NCBI GenBank assembly: GCA_031414595.1
Contig: JANNVX010000067.1
Location: forward strand, 23,102 to 87,101
Source: Deinococcales bacterium
Lineage (GTDB): Bacteria; Deinococcota; Deinococci; Deinococcales; JAAFIG01
Direction of reading: 5' to 3'
DNA: 64,000 nucleotides
This document shows positions 42,353 to 51,252 of this stretch, one piece after another. Under the pieces are notes generated by a model. It saw nothing but the letters and a program-made list of their open reading frames with translations, was not told the DNA's origin and did not search any database. Positions within the stretch are counted from its first letter, which is position 1. Each line of letters starts with the position of its first letter. A program made the translations under genes and the position numbers.

Positions 42353-43042
42353 ATGCGCCCACACCGAACCTTCTACCCAATTCTTACACCAATCATTCAA
42401 ATCATTGGTCTCGAGGCGGCACACTTGCGGGTGCTACGCGCTAAAACTGGTGATTCACTAACTGTTTTTAACGGGGCTGGACTTGAAGCCAAAGGCATGA
42501 TTCTCGAGATTTCCGAGATGCAAATAACCGTCCAACTCGAGCCAGCCACACCAAGCAGTCTCGAGCCACCACAAGCCGTCACTCTAGCCATAGCCATGCT
42601 CAAGGGCGATAAATTATCCGATGTGGTCAGAGCCGCCACCGAACTTGGAGTCTCGAGCATCCAACTTTTAATCACCCAACACAGTGAAGTTAAAGAAATT
42701 GGCACTCAGAAACTCGAGCGCTTAAGACGTATTGCCACCGAAGCCGCCAAGCAATGCCAACGCAATGTTATCCCTAGTGTCCTCGAGCCTGTACCACTCT
42801 TGAGCTTAACCGCCCCCGCAATTGTAGCGCACCCACACTCGAGCTTATTGCCTCGTGAAGCAGTGAGTTGGGATGCACCTTTTACGATTATTTCTGGACC
42901 CGAAGGTGGATTCTCGAGTGCAGAGATTGGTTTACTCGAGCAAAAAGGAATTGTTCGGGTGAGCCTTGGGCGGCGAATTTTACGGGCGGAAACTGCTGCG
43001 CTGGCGCTTATCTCGAGCTTGACGGCGGCAGAGGGGTATTAG
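42353..43042 (+). CDS. rsmE: 16S rRNA m3U1498 methyltransferase
   Basis: HLRVLR, ATELGV, EAAKQC, GPEGGF, LGRRILRAETA. Confidence 0.95.
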   Translation: MRPHRTFYPILTPIIQIIGLEAAHLRVLRAKTGDSLTVFNGAGLEAKGMILEISEMQITVQLEPATPSSLEPPQAVTLAIAMLKGDKLSDVVRAATELGVSSIQLLITQHSEVKEIGTQKLERLRRIATEAAKQCQRNVIPSVLEPVPLLSLTAPAIVAHPHSSLLPREAVSWDAPFTIISGPEGGFSSAEIGLLEQKGIVRVSLGRRILRAETAALALISSLTAAEGY

Positions 43043-43070
43043 AAAACGCTCTCGAGTGCCGCTATTGCCG
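42984..43070. repeat. Left direct repeat flanking the TA cassette (rsmE/alaS 3' overlap)
   Basis: Core 43011-43070 is 56/60 identical to 43764-43823. Confidence 0.9.
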
Positions 43071-43115
43071 TGCTGAATAATTTGAGGAACTCTCCAAAAG
43101 TATTCTGCCTGATTA

Positions 43116-43436
43116 TTACTGACGCATAAATCCAAGTGCAAAACCAATTGCATTCTCAACTTCAAGCAGACGTTCAAACTGTAATTCACAAATTAGGTTA
43201 TCTAAGTGTTCAATTGGTACAGTCAGCAAATTGTCAAAATTAGCTGCACACGGTTCGAGCATTCCGTCACGCTGATCAAGGTAGACTTCGCTAGGAATGT
43301 TACGAACATTGGTGGTGATTGGTGCGACAACCACATTTTTTAGAAATCCAAGGGCTGAATCTCTGGTCAGAATCAAAACGGGACGGCGTTTATTGGGTAG
43401 TTCAAAAGTAAACCAGCGCACTTCACCGCGTTTCAC
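43116..43436 (-). CDS. PemK/MazF-family toxin
   Basis: MKRGEVRW, KRRPVLILTRD, VVVAPITT. Confidence 0.92.
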   Translation of the reverse strand: MKRGEVRWFTFELPNKRRPVLILTRDSALGFLKNVVVAPITTNVRNIPSEVYLDQRDGMLEPCAANFDNLLTVPIEHLDNLICELQFERLLEVENAIGFALGFMRQ

Positions 43437-43678
43437 AAATCTAAATCCAATCGTTGAGCGCTGATTAAATCTAGGAATTCGTCATTGGTTGGAACTTGGG
43501 CATAACCTGCTTGGTGTTGTAGCTCGAGGGCTGCTTGATTTTTTGGCATTTCTTGCCGAGCTAAATTCTCGAGTTGCTGCGAGACACTACCCGCTCCTCG
43601 GATACGGCGAATACTCAAAAATGCGAGAACCTCCGGTGAAATATAAATGGTTGTGCGACGTTTTTCGAGTGCTTGCAT
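43433..43678 (-). CDS. Probable ribbon-helix-helix antitoxin
   Basis: KRRTTIYIS beta strand then helices; overlaps the toxin start. Confidence 0.7.
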   Translation of the reverse strand: MQALEKRRTTIYISPEVLAFLSIRRIRGAGSVSQQLENLARQEMPKNQAALELQHQAGYAQVPTNDEFLDLISAQRLDLDL

Positions 43679-43736
43679 AACAACATAATAACATAAATAT
43701 ATGCCAATTCGAGAAAATTAAAACAGCACAAAATGA

Positions 43737-43823
43737 GGGCAGAAACAACCGCACTTACCCTCGTCTCGAGTTTGACGGCGGCAGAGGGGTGTTAGAAAAC
43801 GCTCTCGAGTGCCGCCAATGCCG
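43737..43823. repeat. Right direct repeat flanking the TA cassette
   Basis: Encodes a degenerate RsmE C-terminus (RAETTALTLVSSLTAAEGC*) and the functional alaS stop. Confidence 0.9.
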
Positions 43824-46479
43824 CACCGACATCCTTAATCCCGCCAGCTTGTGCCATGGCTGGGCTGCCACCACCGTTACCGCCACCAGCTTGAGCCAGT
43901 TTTCGGATAATATCGCCAGCTTTAATGCCCTTGGCATTGGCTTCCTTGGAGACCTTGACCACCAAGCCACCACCAGACCCAACCACAATAATATCAGCTT
44001 TGGTTTTATCCATCAGGTCATCGGCGGCGGTTTTCAATGCCCCACCCTCTACACCCTCAAGTTGAAGCCGGGCTGCCTTGAACCCACCAAGTTCTAAACT
44101 ATCCACATTTGCCCCACCCGCAGTTTGGGCGCGAACCACAGCCGCTTTAAGGTTTGTAATTTCCCTGTTGGCGGCTTTTTGTTCATCAAACAACTTCTCG
44201 AGCCGTTCGGTCAGATTTTCTGGCGTGGTGGTCAGGGCGCGTGATGCCTTTTGCAGTAACTCGAGAGCATGGCGGGTGTACTGTACAGCAGACTCGCCAC
44301 ACAGTGCTTCAATGCGGCGCACGCCAGCTTTAATGCTTTCTTCGGACACAATCACAAACGCACCAATTGAACCCGTACTTGGTACGTGCGTCCCGCCACA
44401 AAGTTCTTTGCTCGAGATGAGTCTAACTGTTTCTAAAATCCCAATACTCGAGACATCGCCACCCACCGAGACAACCCGCACAACATCGCCGTATTTTTCG
44501 CCGAACAATGCCATTGCTCCAGTCTTACGGGCATCCTCGAGATTCATATTTTCGGATGTGATAGCAAAATCAGCTTGAATCCAGCGATTAACCAACATTT
44601 CGACTTTAGCCAGTTCGTCGCTCGAGACACTTTCGGCATGGGTAAAATCAAAACGCAAACGGTCTGGGGATACATAAGAACCAGCCTGATTGACACTCGA
44701 GCCTAAAACTGCTCTAAGTGCGGCTTGTAACAGATGCGTTGCTGTGTGATGCCGTTCTGTGGCACGACGCGCCGAGGTTTCAACACTGGCTTCTACGGTA
44801 TCGCCTTGTTTGAGCGTACCGCGCAGGACAGTACCTTCATGAACAAACACACCCTGAGCCGTTTTGAAGGTATTGGAAATGGCGATTTCGCCATGTTCAG
44901 CCCAGTGGAGCATTCCAGTATCGCCAACTTGTCCGCCACTCTCGGCATAAAACGGGGTTGACTCGAGAACCACTTGCACCAAAGCACCTTCGGTTACACT
45001 CGAGACCAGTTCGTCATTAGCAACCAGTGCAACCACTTTGGCATTGGCTTGGGTACTCGAATAGCCATTAAAAACGGTGGCTGGCACATTCTCGAGCAGA
45101 TTATTTTGCCCTTCAAAGAGTCCGCGCTTAAATTTAGAAGCGCCTCGAGCCAGTGCTTGGGCTTTTTTCAGAGCAGACTTATAACCGTCTTCATCTATGC
45201 CCACCCCGCGTTCCTCAGCAATTTCTTTGGTCAAATCGAGTGGAAAGCCGTAAGTATCGTAAAGCGTAAACGCATCATCGCCAGACAGAACATCGCCTGC
45301 TTTTTTGGTCTCGAGTAGTTTCTCTAAACGCAAAATGCCTTTGCCTAGGGTCTCGAGAAAACTGGTCTCCTCGAGCCTGATTTGTTTTGCCACAGAATCA
45401 GCCGCAGCAACAAGCTCTGGGAAAGCAGCGCCTAGGGTCTGCACCACAATGGGTACAAGGGTGTAGAGCGCGGGTTCTTTCAAGCCCAAAAGATAGGCGT
45501 GACGGCTGGCGCGGCGCATGACTTTACGCACCACATACTCGCGTTCGCCTGTCCCAAAAGTTAGACCATCGGTCAGGGTCATCGTCACCATGCGGATATG
45601 TTCGGCAATGACGCGGTGAGAAACGCTTTTTGTACCTTCGTAGGGTTTACCAGATAGTTTTGCAACTGCGGCAATCAGGGGTCTAAAATCGTCGGTTTCG
45701 TATAAATCCTGCACACCTTGCGAAATCAGAGCAGCCCTGATTAAACCTAAGCCCGTATCAATGTTTTTACGCCCTAAATCCTCGAGTGCGCCCGTGCCGT
45801 CCTCGCCGTCGGAGCGGTTATAGCCCGGAAACACCAAATTCCAGAACTCGAGAAAGCGGTCTGATTCTGGGTTCTTGGCGTAGTCCTCCCAAGTGTCTGT
45901 GCCGAACGCCTCGCCACGGTCATAGAAAATTTCGGAACATGGACCACATGGACCGTTAGGACCTTTTAATGGAGCGTTCTGGGGCCAAAAATTCTCGTCG
46001 GCATCAAAACGGTTAATACGGCTTGGGTCTAAACCAACATGTTGTGTCCAGTAGCCAAAAGCCTCTTCGTCATCTTTATAGATGGTCACATAGATTCTGT
46101 CAGCCTCAAAACCTAGCCAATCTGGGGAGGTGATAAATTCCCAAGCCCATTCAATGGCTTCTTTTTTGAAATAACTGTCAAAAGAAAAATTGCCCATCAT
46201 TTCAAAAAAAGAACAATGGCGCAGTGTTCTGCCAACATTTTCGATGTCGCCAATCCGAATCACTTTTTGGGCAGTGGTGACCCGTTTCCACTCGCCTTCT
46301 ATGCCGATAAACTTGGCTGGCGCTCCAACAAATTGCGGCTTAAACTGCGACATCCCCGCGATACTAAACATCAAGGTTGGGTCGGTATAGACTGGAATTG
46401 GATGCGAAGGAAAACGTAAATGCCCTTTGGATTCAAAAAAGGATAAGTATTTTTCGCGGATGGCAGAAGTAGATAACAT
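43792..46479 (-). CDS. alaS: Alanine--tRNA ligase
   Basis: IREKYLSFF, FFEMMGNFSF, GPCGPCSEI, HHTATHLL, ELCGGTH; start ATG 46479 after TACACT gives 895 aa. Confidence 0.97.
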   Translation of the reverse strand: MLSTSAIREKYLSFFESKGHLRFPSHPIPVYTDPTLMFSIAGMSQFKPQFVGAPAKFIGIEGEWKRVTTAQKVIRIGDIENVGRTLRHCSFFEMMGNFSFDSYFKKEAIEWAWEFITSPDWLGFEADRIYVTIYKDDEEAFGYWTQHVGLDPSRINRFDADENFWPQNAPLKGPNGPCGPCSEIFYDRGEAFGTDTWEDYAKNPESDRFLEFWNLVFPGYNRSDGEDGTGALEDLGRKNIDTGLGLIRAALISQGVQDLYETDDFRPLIAAVAKLSGKPYEGTKSVSHRVIAEHIRMVTMTLTDGLTFGTGEREYVVRKVMRRASRHAYLLGLKEPALYTLVPIVVQTLGAAFPELVAAADSVAKQIRLEETSFLETLGKGILRLEKLLETKKAGDVLSGDDAFTLYDTYGFPLDLTKEIAEERGVGIDEDGYKSALKKAQALARGASKFKRGLFEGQNNLLENVPATVFNGYSSTQANAKVVALVANDELVSSVTEGALVQVVLESTPFYAESGGQVGDTGMLHWAEHGEIAISNTFKTAQGVFVHEGTVLRGTLKQGDTVEASVETSARRATERHHTATHLLQAALRAVLGSSVNQAGSYVSPDRLRFDFTHAESVSSDELAKVEMLVNRWIQADFAITSENMNLEDARKTGAMALFGEKYGDVVRVVSVGGDVSSIGILETVRLISSKELCGGTHVPSTGSIGAFVIVSEESIKAGVRRIEALCGESAVQYTRHALELLQKASRALTTTPENLTERLEKLFDEQKAANREITNLKAAVVRAQTAGGANVDSLELGGFKAARLQLEGVEGGALKTAADDLMDKTKADIIVVGSGGGLVVKVSKEANAKGIKAGDIIRKLAQAGGGNGGGSPAMAQAGGIKDVGAALAALESVF

Positions 46480-46657
46480 AAGGCACAAGTGTACCAAAAC
46501 CTCAAAACAAACGAAAGCGCGTTTTGACCTGAGTGCCGCTTTGGATAAGGCTTTTGACCTTTCATTCTTTGTGACTGCGAATTCGGGGTAGCCATCCTCC
46601 TCGAGTAGCAACAATTGGTTGTTCTCGAGAATCACAGCGCAAGCTCGTTTGACTCGG

Positions 46658-47272
46658 TTAAAGTTCATCCTTGTATTTGACCAGTAACTCTTCGAGGGCT
46701 TCACGCAGTAAACTGGCTTCGGTTCGCCCTGTGGCACTGCTTAATTTGCCCAGCCGCTCGAGTTGGGCTTTTGGGTAGAAATTACTTTTGAGGGTCATTT
46801 TATCTTCCACGTAAATGGCAACACGCCCACGTCCTTCGCGTTTGGCACGGTACATTGCTTCGTCGGCGCAACGCATTAAATCAGCAATGGTTTTAGCATG
46901 GGGTGGCTTGGCGGCAATGCCCACCGAAAGCTGTATTTTTCTGGGGATTTCTGGGCTGATGTTGTGGCTCGAGAAGTGGCTGCGAATTTCCTCGAGTAAA
47001 ATCAAGGCGCTCTCGGCGGTGGTGTCTGGGATGGCAGCTGCGTATTCGTCTCCACCAATTCGTCCGACAATCGCATTTTCTGGGAGGCTGCCACTTAGGG
47101 TGCGTTCTAAACTTCGTAGCACCGTATCGCCAGCCGCATGACCTAGGCTGTCGTTGATTTCTTTGAAGTGGTCTAAGTCTATTAGGGCAATCGCCATAGC
47201 GCTGCTCTCGAGGTGACTCAGGGCTTGTTCAAAGTCGTGACGGTTAAGAACGGGCAAGTAATTCATATGCAC
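46658..47272 (-). CDS. GGDEF domain protein with C-terminal ribbon-helix-helix-like domain
   Basis: IDLDHFKEINDSLGH, GRIGGDEY; tail QLERLGKLSSATGRTEASLLREAL. Confidence 0.88.
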   Translation of the reverse strand: MHMNYLPVLNRHDFEQALSHLESSAMAIALIDLDHFKEINDSLGHAAGDTVLRSLERTLSGSLPENAIVGRIGGDEYAAAIPDTTAESALILLEEIRSHFSSHNISPEIPRKIQLSVGIAAKPPHAKTIADLMRCADEAMYRAKREGRGRVAIYVEDKMTLKSNFYPKAQLERLGKLSSATGRTEASLLREALEELLVKYKDEL

Positions 47273-47291
47273 TCCTGTTGTAAGATTGTAA

Positions 47292-47323
47292 ACATATATA
47301 TATCACACACAATATATATATGT
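47292..47323. promoter_or_regulatory. 12-bp inverted repeat over the GGDEF-RHH promoter
   Basis: acatatatatat-N8-atatatatatgt overlapping minus-strand TTGACA. Confidence 0.65.
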
Positions 47324-47383
47324 CAAACGTATCGTGTTCTAGCCCTTGCAAGTCTTGTCACGTCTCGAGTAACATAAGTCTAC

Positions 47384-48055
47384 ATGGAAGCCCATCATTA
47401 TCTCCAAGCCCTCGGACTGACCGAATACGAAGCTCGAGCCTACACTGCACTGCTTTCGCTTGGACGCGCCCAACCCGCTAAAATTGCGCGGCACAGCCAC
47501 ATTCCACGCCCAAAAGTCTACGAAACACTAGAACGCCTCGAAGCCCGAGGACTGGCTACCCGCACCCAAGTTTCGCCGCTCGAGTATGCACCGTTATCCG
47601 CCCGTGAGTACATCAACCGAGCTGACCGCGAATTCAAAGGCAGACTCGAAGGACTCGAGCGCAGCTTGGCAAGGCTTGCTCCAGAACCCGCCCCAGAAGC
47701 GGTGTACCCCTTGCGTGGCGAAGCTGCTACGTTGGCACTGGTCGAAGATATAGTCCTCAACTCGAGTAAAACCCTGCACATCGCTGGAGAACCTGAATTG
47801 GTGGCTCGGCTTGCCTCAAAAACCGCTCGAGCCGTGGCAGTTCACACCTCGAGTTTAGAAAATATGCCCGCCATTGCTGCCGACGGACAACGCCCGCTCT
47901 TGGTGGCAAGGGACGGCGAAGCGGTGGTGATTGCCCATTTGACCGAAGACGCGACTCAAGTTCATGGGGTGCATTCGCATAATCCAGTGATTGTGCGCTT
48001 GGTCGAAGGGTACATTGAACTGGCTGGACAGATTAAAGACAAGAAAAAGAAATAA
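47384..48055 (+). CDS. TrmB-family transcriptional regulator
   Basis: LGLTEYEARAYTALL, IPRPKVYETLERLE.RGL. Confidence 0.9.
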   Translation: MEAHHYLQALGLTEYEARAYTALLSLGRAQPAKIARHSHIPRPKVYETLERLEARGLATRTQVSPLEYAPLSAREYINRADREFKGRLEGLERSLARLAPEPAPEAVYPLRGEAATLALVEDIVLNSSKTLHIAGEPELVARLASKTARAVAVHTSSLENMPAIAADGQRPLLVARDGEAVVIAHLTEDATQVHGVHSHNPVIVRLVEGYIELAGQIKDKKKK

Positions 48056-48088
48056 AATCCCATTTTTGACTCACTCTAAGAAGTTAAA

Positions 48089-48271
48089 ATGTCGGCTATG
48101 GGTATTTTAACAATTCTTTGTGGTGTTCTGATGTTAGCCATTGGCGCAGGTAGCATGATTCAAAAAAAGAGCCTTTTACCAGAAATCAAACCAAGCGAAG
48201 CCGCGCTTGCCACGATTCCAATGGGTTTAGTGATTTTAGTAATTGGGATTATTATTCAGACCAAAAGCTAA
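48089..48271 (+). CDS. Small two-TM membrane protein
   Basis: 60-aa ORF with two hydrophobic helices filling the gap. Confidence 0.55.
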   Translation: MSAMGILTILCGVLMLAIGAGSMIQKKSLLPEIKPSEAALATIPMGLVILVIGIIIQTKS

Positions 48272-48283
48272 TCTTTAAGCCTC

Positions 48284-48604
48284 TTATTTCTCGTAGATGC
48301 AGTATTCAGAACTTTCCGAAAACAATTTTGTCCACGTTTTTTGTCCAACCACACCATCTTGGATCAATTTATTGCGGAGTTGAAAGTATCTGACTGCACC
48401 ATCGGTTTTCTTGCCAAAAATACCATCGGCTTTGCCAACTTCTTTGCAATTAAAATAGAGTAAGCGCTGTTGGGCAGCTTTGATATCTGCTCCAGTCATG
48501 GCTGGGGTTTTGAGAAATAAATTCCGTGTAAGTTTTGGTGCGCTTTGAGCCAACACGAGGCTCGAGACAAGCAGCACTACACCCAGTAAAAAGTATTTTT
48601 TCAT
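48284..48604 (-). CDS. Secreted peptidoglycan-binding domain protein
   Basis: Signal peptide; [26 protein letters not shown]. Confidence 0.88.
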   Translation of the reverse strand: MKKYFLLGVVLLVSSLVLAQSAPKLTRNLFLKTPAMTGADIKAAQQRLLYFNCKEVGKADGIFGKKTDGAVRYFQLRNKLIQDGVVGQKTWTKLFSESSEYCIYEK

Positions 48605-48653
48605 ACTCCCAAGTTTATCATGCGGACTCGAGTTTGTAATACAATACAGGCTC

Positions 48654-50120
48654 ATGAAACATATTCTAGCCCTTGACCAAGGCACAACTTCGTCTCGAGC
48701 CATCGTTTTTAGTGAAGATGGTCGGATTGTCAGCCGTTCACAAAAAGAACTGCATCAAATTTATCCGCAACCCGGTTGGGTCGAACACGATGCCAACGAG
48801 ATTTTAAGCACCCAATTGCAAACCGCACGGGAAGCCTTGTCTGGTGTGCTGGGCGAAGTTGTAGCCCTTGGTATCACCAATCAGCGTGAAACCACGGTGC
48901 TGTGGGAACGCGCTACGGGTAAACCAATCCATAACGCGATTGTTTGGCAAGACCGCCGTACTGCCTCGTATTGCGACGAGTTAAAAGCACTTGGTCTCGA
49001 GCAAAAATTCAAACAAAAAACAGGTTTGCTGCTTGACCCATATTTTAGTGGTACAAAATTGCGTTGGTTGCTCGAGAATTTACCAGATGCTCGAGAACGT
49101 GCCGAAGCTGGAGAACTGGCATTTGGTACGGTGGATAGCTGGTTAATTTACAACTTAACTGGTTTTGAAGTTCATGCCACCGATGTCAGCAATGCTGCTC
49201 GGACACTCTTATTTAATATCCAAACCCTCGAGTGGGATTCAGAAATCCTCGAGTTAATGAATATCCCACGGGCGGTGCTGCCCGAAGTCCGTGCCTCGAG
49301 CGCCAGTTATGGCATTGCCAAAGCCCTCAATAACTTGCCAATCACAGGTGTGGCTGGCGACCAACACGCGGCGCTTTTCGGACAAGCCTGTTTGGATACT
49401 GGCATGGCAAAAAATACTTACGGCACTGGTTGCTTTATGCTTCTGAACACGGGTTCAAAACTGGTCTCGAGCGCTTCTGGACTGCTGACCACTCCTGCTT
49501 GGCAAATTGGCAACCAAGCCACTTATGCGCTCGAAGGAAGCGTTTTTATTGCTGGGGCAGTGGTGCAGTGGTTGCGTGACGAAATGAAGTTTTTTTCCGA
49601 TGCCAAAGAAGTCGAAACCCTGGCTGCTAGTGTGCCAGATAACGGTGGGGTCTATCTTGTGCCAGCCTTTGCGGGGTTGGGCGCTCCACACTGGGATGCC
49701 TATGCTCGCGGTACAATTATTGGGCTTACAAGAGGTACAGGCAGGGCGCACATCGCCAGAGCCGCACTCGAGGCAGTGGCGTTTCAGACCAAAGATGTTT
49801 TGGAAGCCATGCAGCAAGACAGTGGTGTCAAGCTCGAGGCGTTGCGGGTAGATGGTGGTGCAACCAGCAACGACCTACTGATGCAATTCCAAGCCGACAT
49901 TTTGGGTGTACCCGTCGAGCGTCCAAAAATTACCGAAACTACAGCATTAGGCGCGGCATTCTTGGCGGGTCTCGAGTCTGGGCTGATGAACTTAGATTCG
50001 ATTCGCAGCACATGGCAACTCGAGCGGCGGTTTGAGCCTCAAATGAGTGCAACTGAGCGTGAAAAACTCTATGCGGGATGGAAAAAAGCGGTGGAACGGG
50101 CTAAGGCGTGGGCGGAGTAG
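48654..50120 (+). CDS. glpK: Glycerol kinase
   Basis: [36 protein letters not shown]. Confidence 0.98.
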   Translation: MKHILALDQGTTSSRAIVFSEDGRIVSRSQKELHQIYPQPGWVEHDANEILSTQLQTAREALSGVLGEVVALGITNQRETTVLWERATGKPIHNAIVWQDRRTASYCDELKALGLEQKFKQKTGLLLDPYFSGTKLRWLLENLPDARERAEAGELAFGTVDSWLIYNLTGFEVHATDVSNAARTLLFNIQTLEWDSEILELMNIPRAVLPEVRASSASYGIAKALNNLPITGVAGDQHAALFGQACLDTGMAKNTYGTGCFMLLNTGSKLVSSASGLLTTPAWQIGNQATYALEGSVFIAGAVVQWLRDEMKFFSDAKEVETLAASVPDNGGVYLVPAFAGLGAPHWDAYARGTIIGLTRGTGRAHIARAALEAVAFQTKDVLEAMQQDSGVKLEALRVDGGATSNDLLMQFQADILGVPVERPKITETTALGAAFLAGLESGLMNLDSIRSTWQLERRFEPQMSATEREKLYAGWKKAVERAKAWAE

Positions 50121-50191
50121 GAAAGGTGATTGAAAATCAATTCACTCGTAAGGGCAAAAACCTTTCAGTACACATAGAATCACAATCAGTT

Positions 50192-50421
50192 AGCCCCTCT
50201 CCCGACTCGCTTAGGCTCGCCACCCTCCCCTAAATCGCTTCGCTGGGGGAGGGTTTGGAGTATGGGGCTTTGATTTTATAAATCCTTAAAAAGTGCTTCC
50301 GGAAAGGCGTTTTTAGGTAATTTATCCCAAAAAACCGTAGCAAAAAGACAAACCGAACAACCCTCTCCCGCGCTGTTTGGCGGGACGAGGGTAACGAGCC
50401 TAGGCGAGTTGGGTGAGGGCT
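50192..50421. repeat. ~230-bp imperfect inverted repeat element (CCCTC...GAGGG type)
   Basis: ccctctcccgactcgcttaggctcgccaccctc pairs with gagggtaacgagcctaggcgagttgggtgaggg; each arm has its own hairpin; AT-rich central hairpin. Confidence 0.75.
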
Positions 50422-50454
50422 GCATCACGTTTTGGACGACTTAATTCTCGAGCA

Positions 50455-51147
50455 TTAGGTTTTTTGGTGTATTTGAATTGCAGCTTCTAATACTTCGCGG
50501 CTCGAGAGTAGACTTTGCAAAACCATTTGTTTACTGGCTTCGATTTGGCGTGTGGCTATACTCATTACGGCTTGCTGGTCTTTTTGCTCGAGGGCGGTCA
50601 GTAAATCTTCGTGTTCGTGGGTGGCTTCTTCGCTGCGTGGTTGAATCAGCATCCCAAATTGAATTAAACGGCGGCTTTCGGCAAGGCAACTTTCCACAAT
50701 CCCAGCCAAGCGCCGATTGCCCGATGCCTTAGCGATAATGCTGTGAAATTCGGTATTGGCTTGTTGAAAGGCTTGGATGCTTTTTGGACTCTGTGGGTCG
50801 TAACCTGTTCTAGCCAGTTGATGCAGGTGCTTCAAGGTTTTTTTCTCGAGTTTTCCAATTGCCATAACCACGGCTTGTGGCTCGATGATGCTGCGTAATC
50901 CAAAAACTTCTTCAACATCGCGCAGGGAAATCGGTGCGACTTCGTAACCGTGCCGAGGAATAACCACCATTAAATTATCATTGACCAAACGTTGCAAGGC
51001 TTCGCGGACTGGGGTTTTGCCCAAACTCAGGCGCTCTAAAGTTCCGCTTTCGGTCAGTCGTGTACCGGGCATCAGCTGACACTCGAGAATTTCGCTGCGG
51101 AGGTGCTGATAAGCATATTCGGCTTGGGAGGTGTTCTTTTGGCTCAT
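50455..51147 (-). CDS. GntR-family regulator (FCD type), divergent from the hut operon
   Basis: GKTPVREALQRL HTH; NTEFHSII..SGN and HEDLL FCD motifs. Confidence 0.92.
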   Translation of the reverse strand: MSQKNTSQAEYAYQHLRSEILECQLMPGTRLTESGTLERLSLGKTPVREALQRLVNDNLMVVIPRHGYEVAPISLRDVEEVFGLRSIIEPQAVVMAIGKLEKKTLKHLHQLARTGYDPQSPKSIQAFQQANTEFHSIIAKASGNRRLAGIVESCLAESRRLIQFGMLIQPRSEEATHEHEDLLTALEQKDQQAVMSIATRQIEASKQMVLQSLLSSREVLEAAIQIHQKT

Positions 51148-51182
51148 GGTGTTTTGTACCTTTTTGTGGGTCTCGAGTCAAC

Positions 51183-51217
51183 TTGACGAACTCCAAAGAC
51201 ATCTGTAATATATCACA
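51183..51217 (+). promoter_or_regulatory. hut promoter with palindromic operator
   Basis: TTGACG-17 nt-TAATAT; TGTAATATATCACA (51204-51217) overlaps the -10 box. Confidence 0.7.
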
Positions 51218-51252
51218 AAAGAAATCTAAGCAGATTACAAAGGAGTTCGACC

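Noticed and set aside
43792-46737. 981-aa AlaRS with a long N-terminal extension
   Set aside because: AlaRS homology starts at MLSTSAIREK (46479), which has its own -10 box; the extension overlaps the GGDEF gene.
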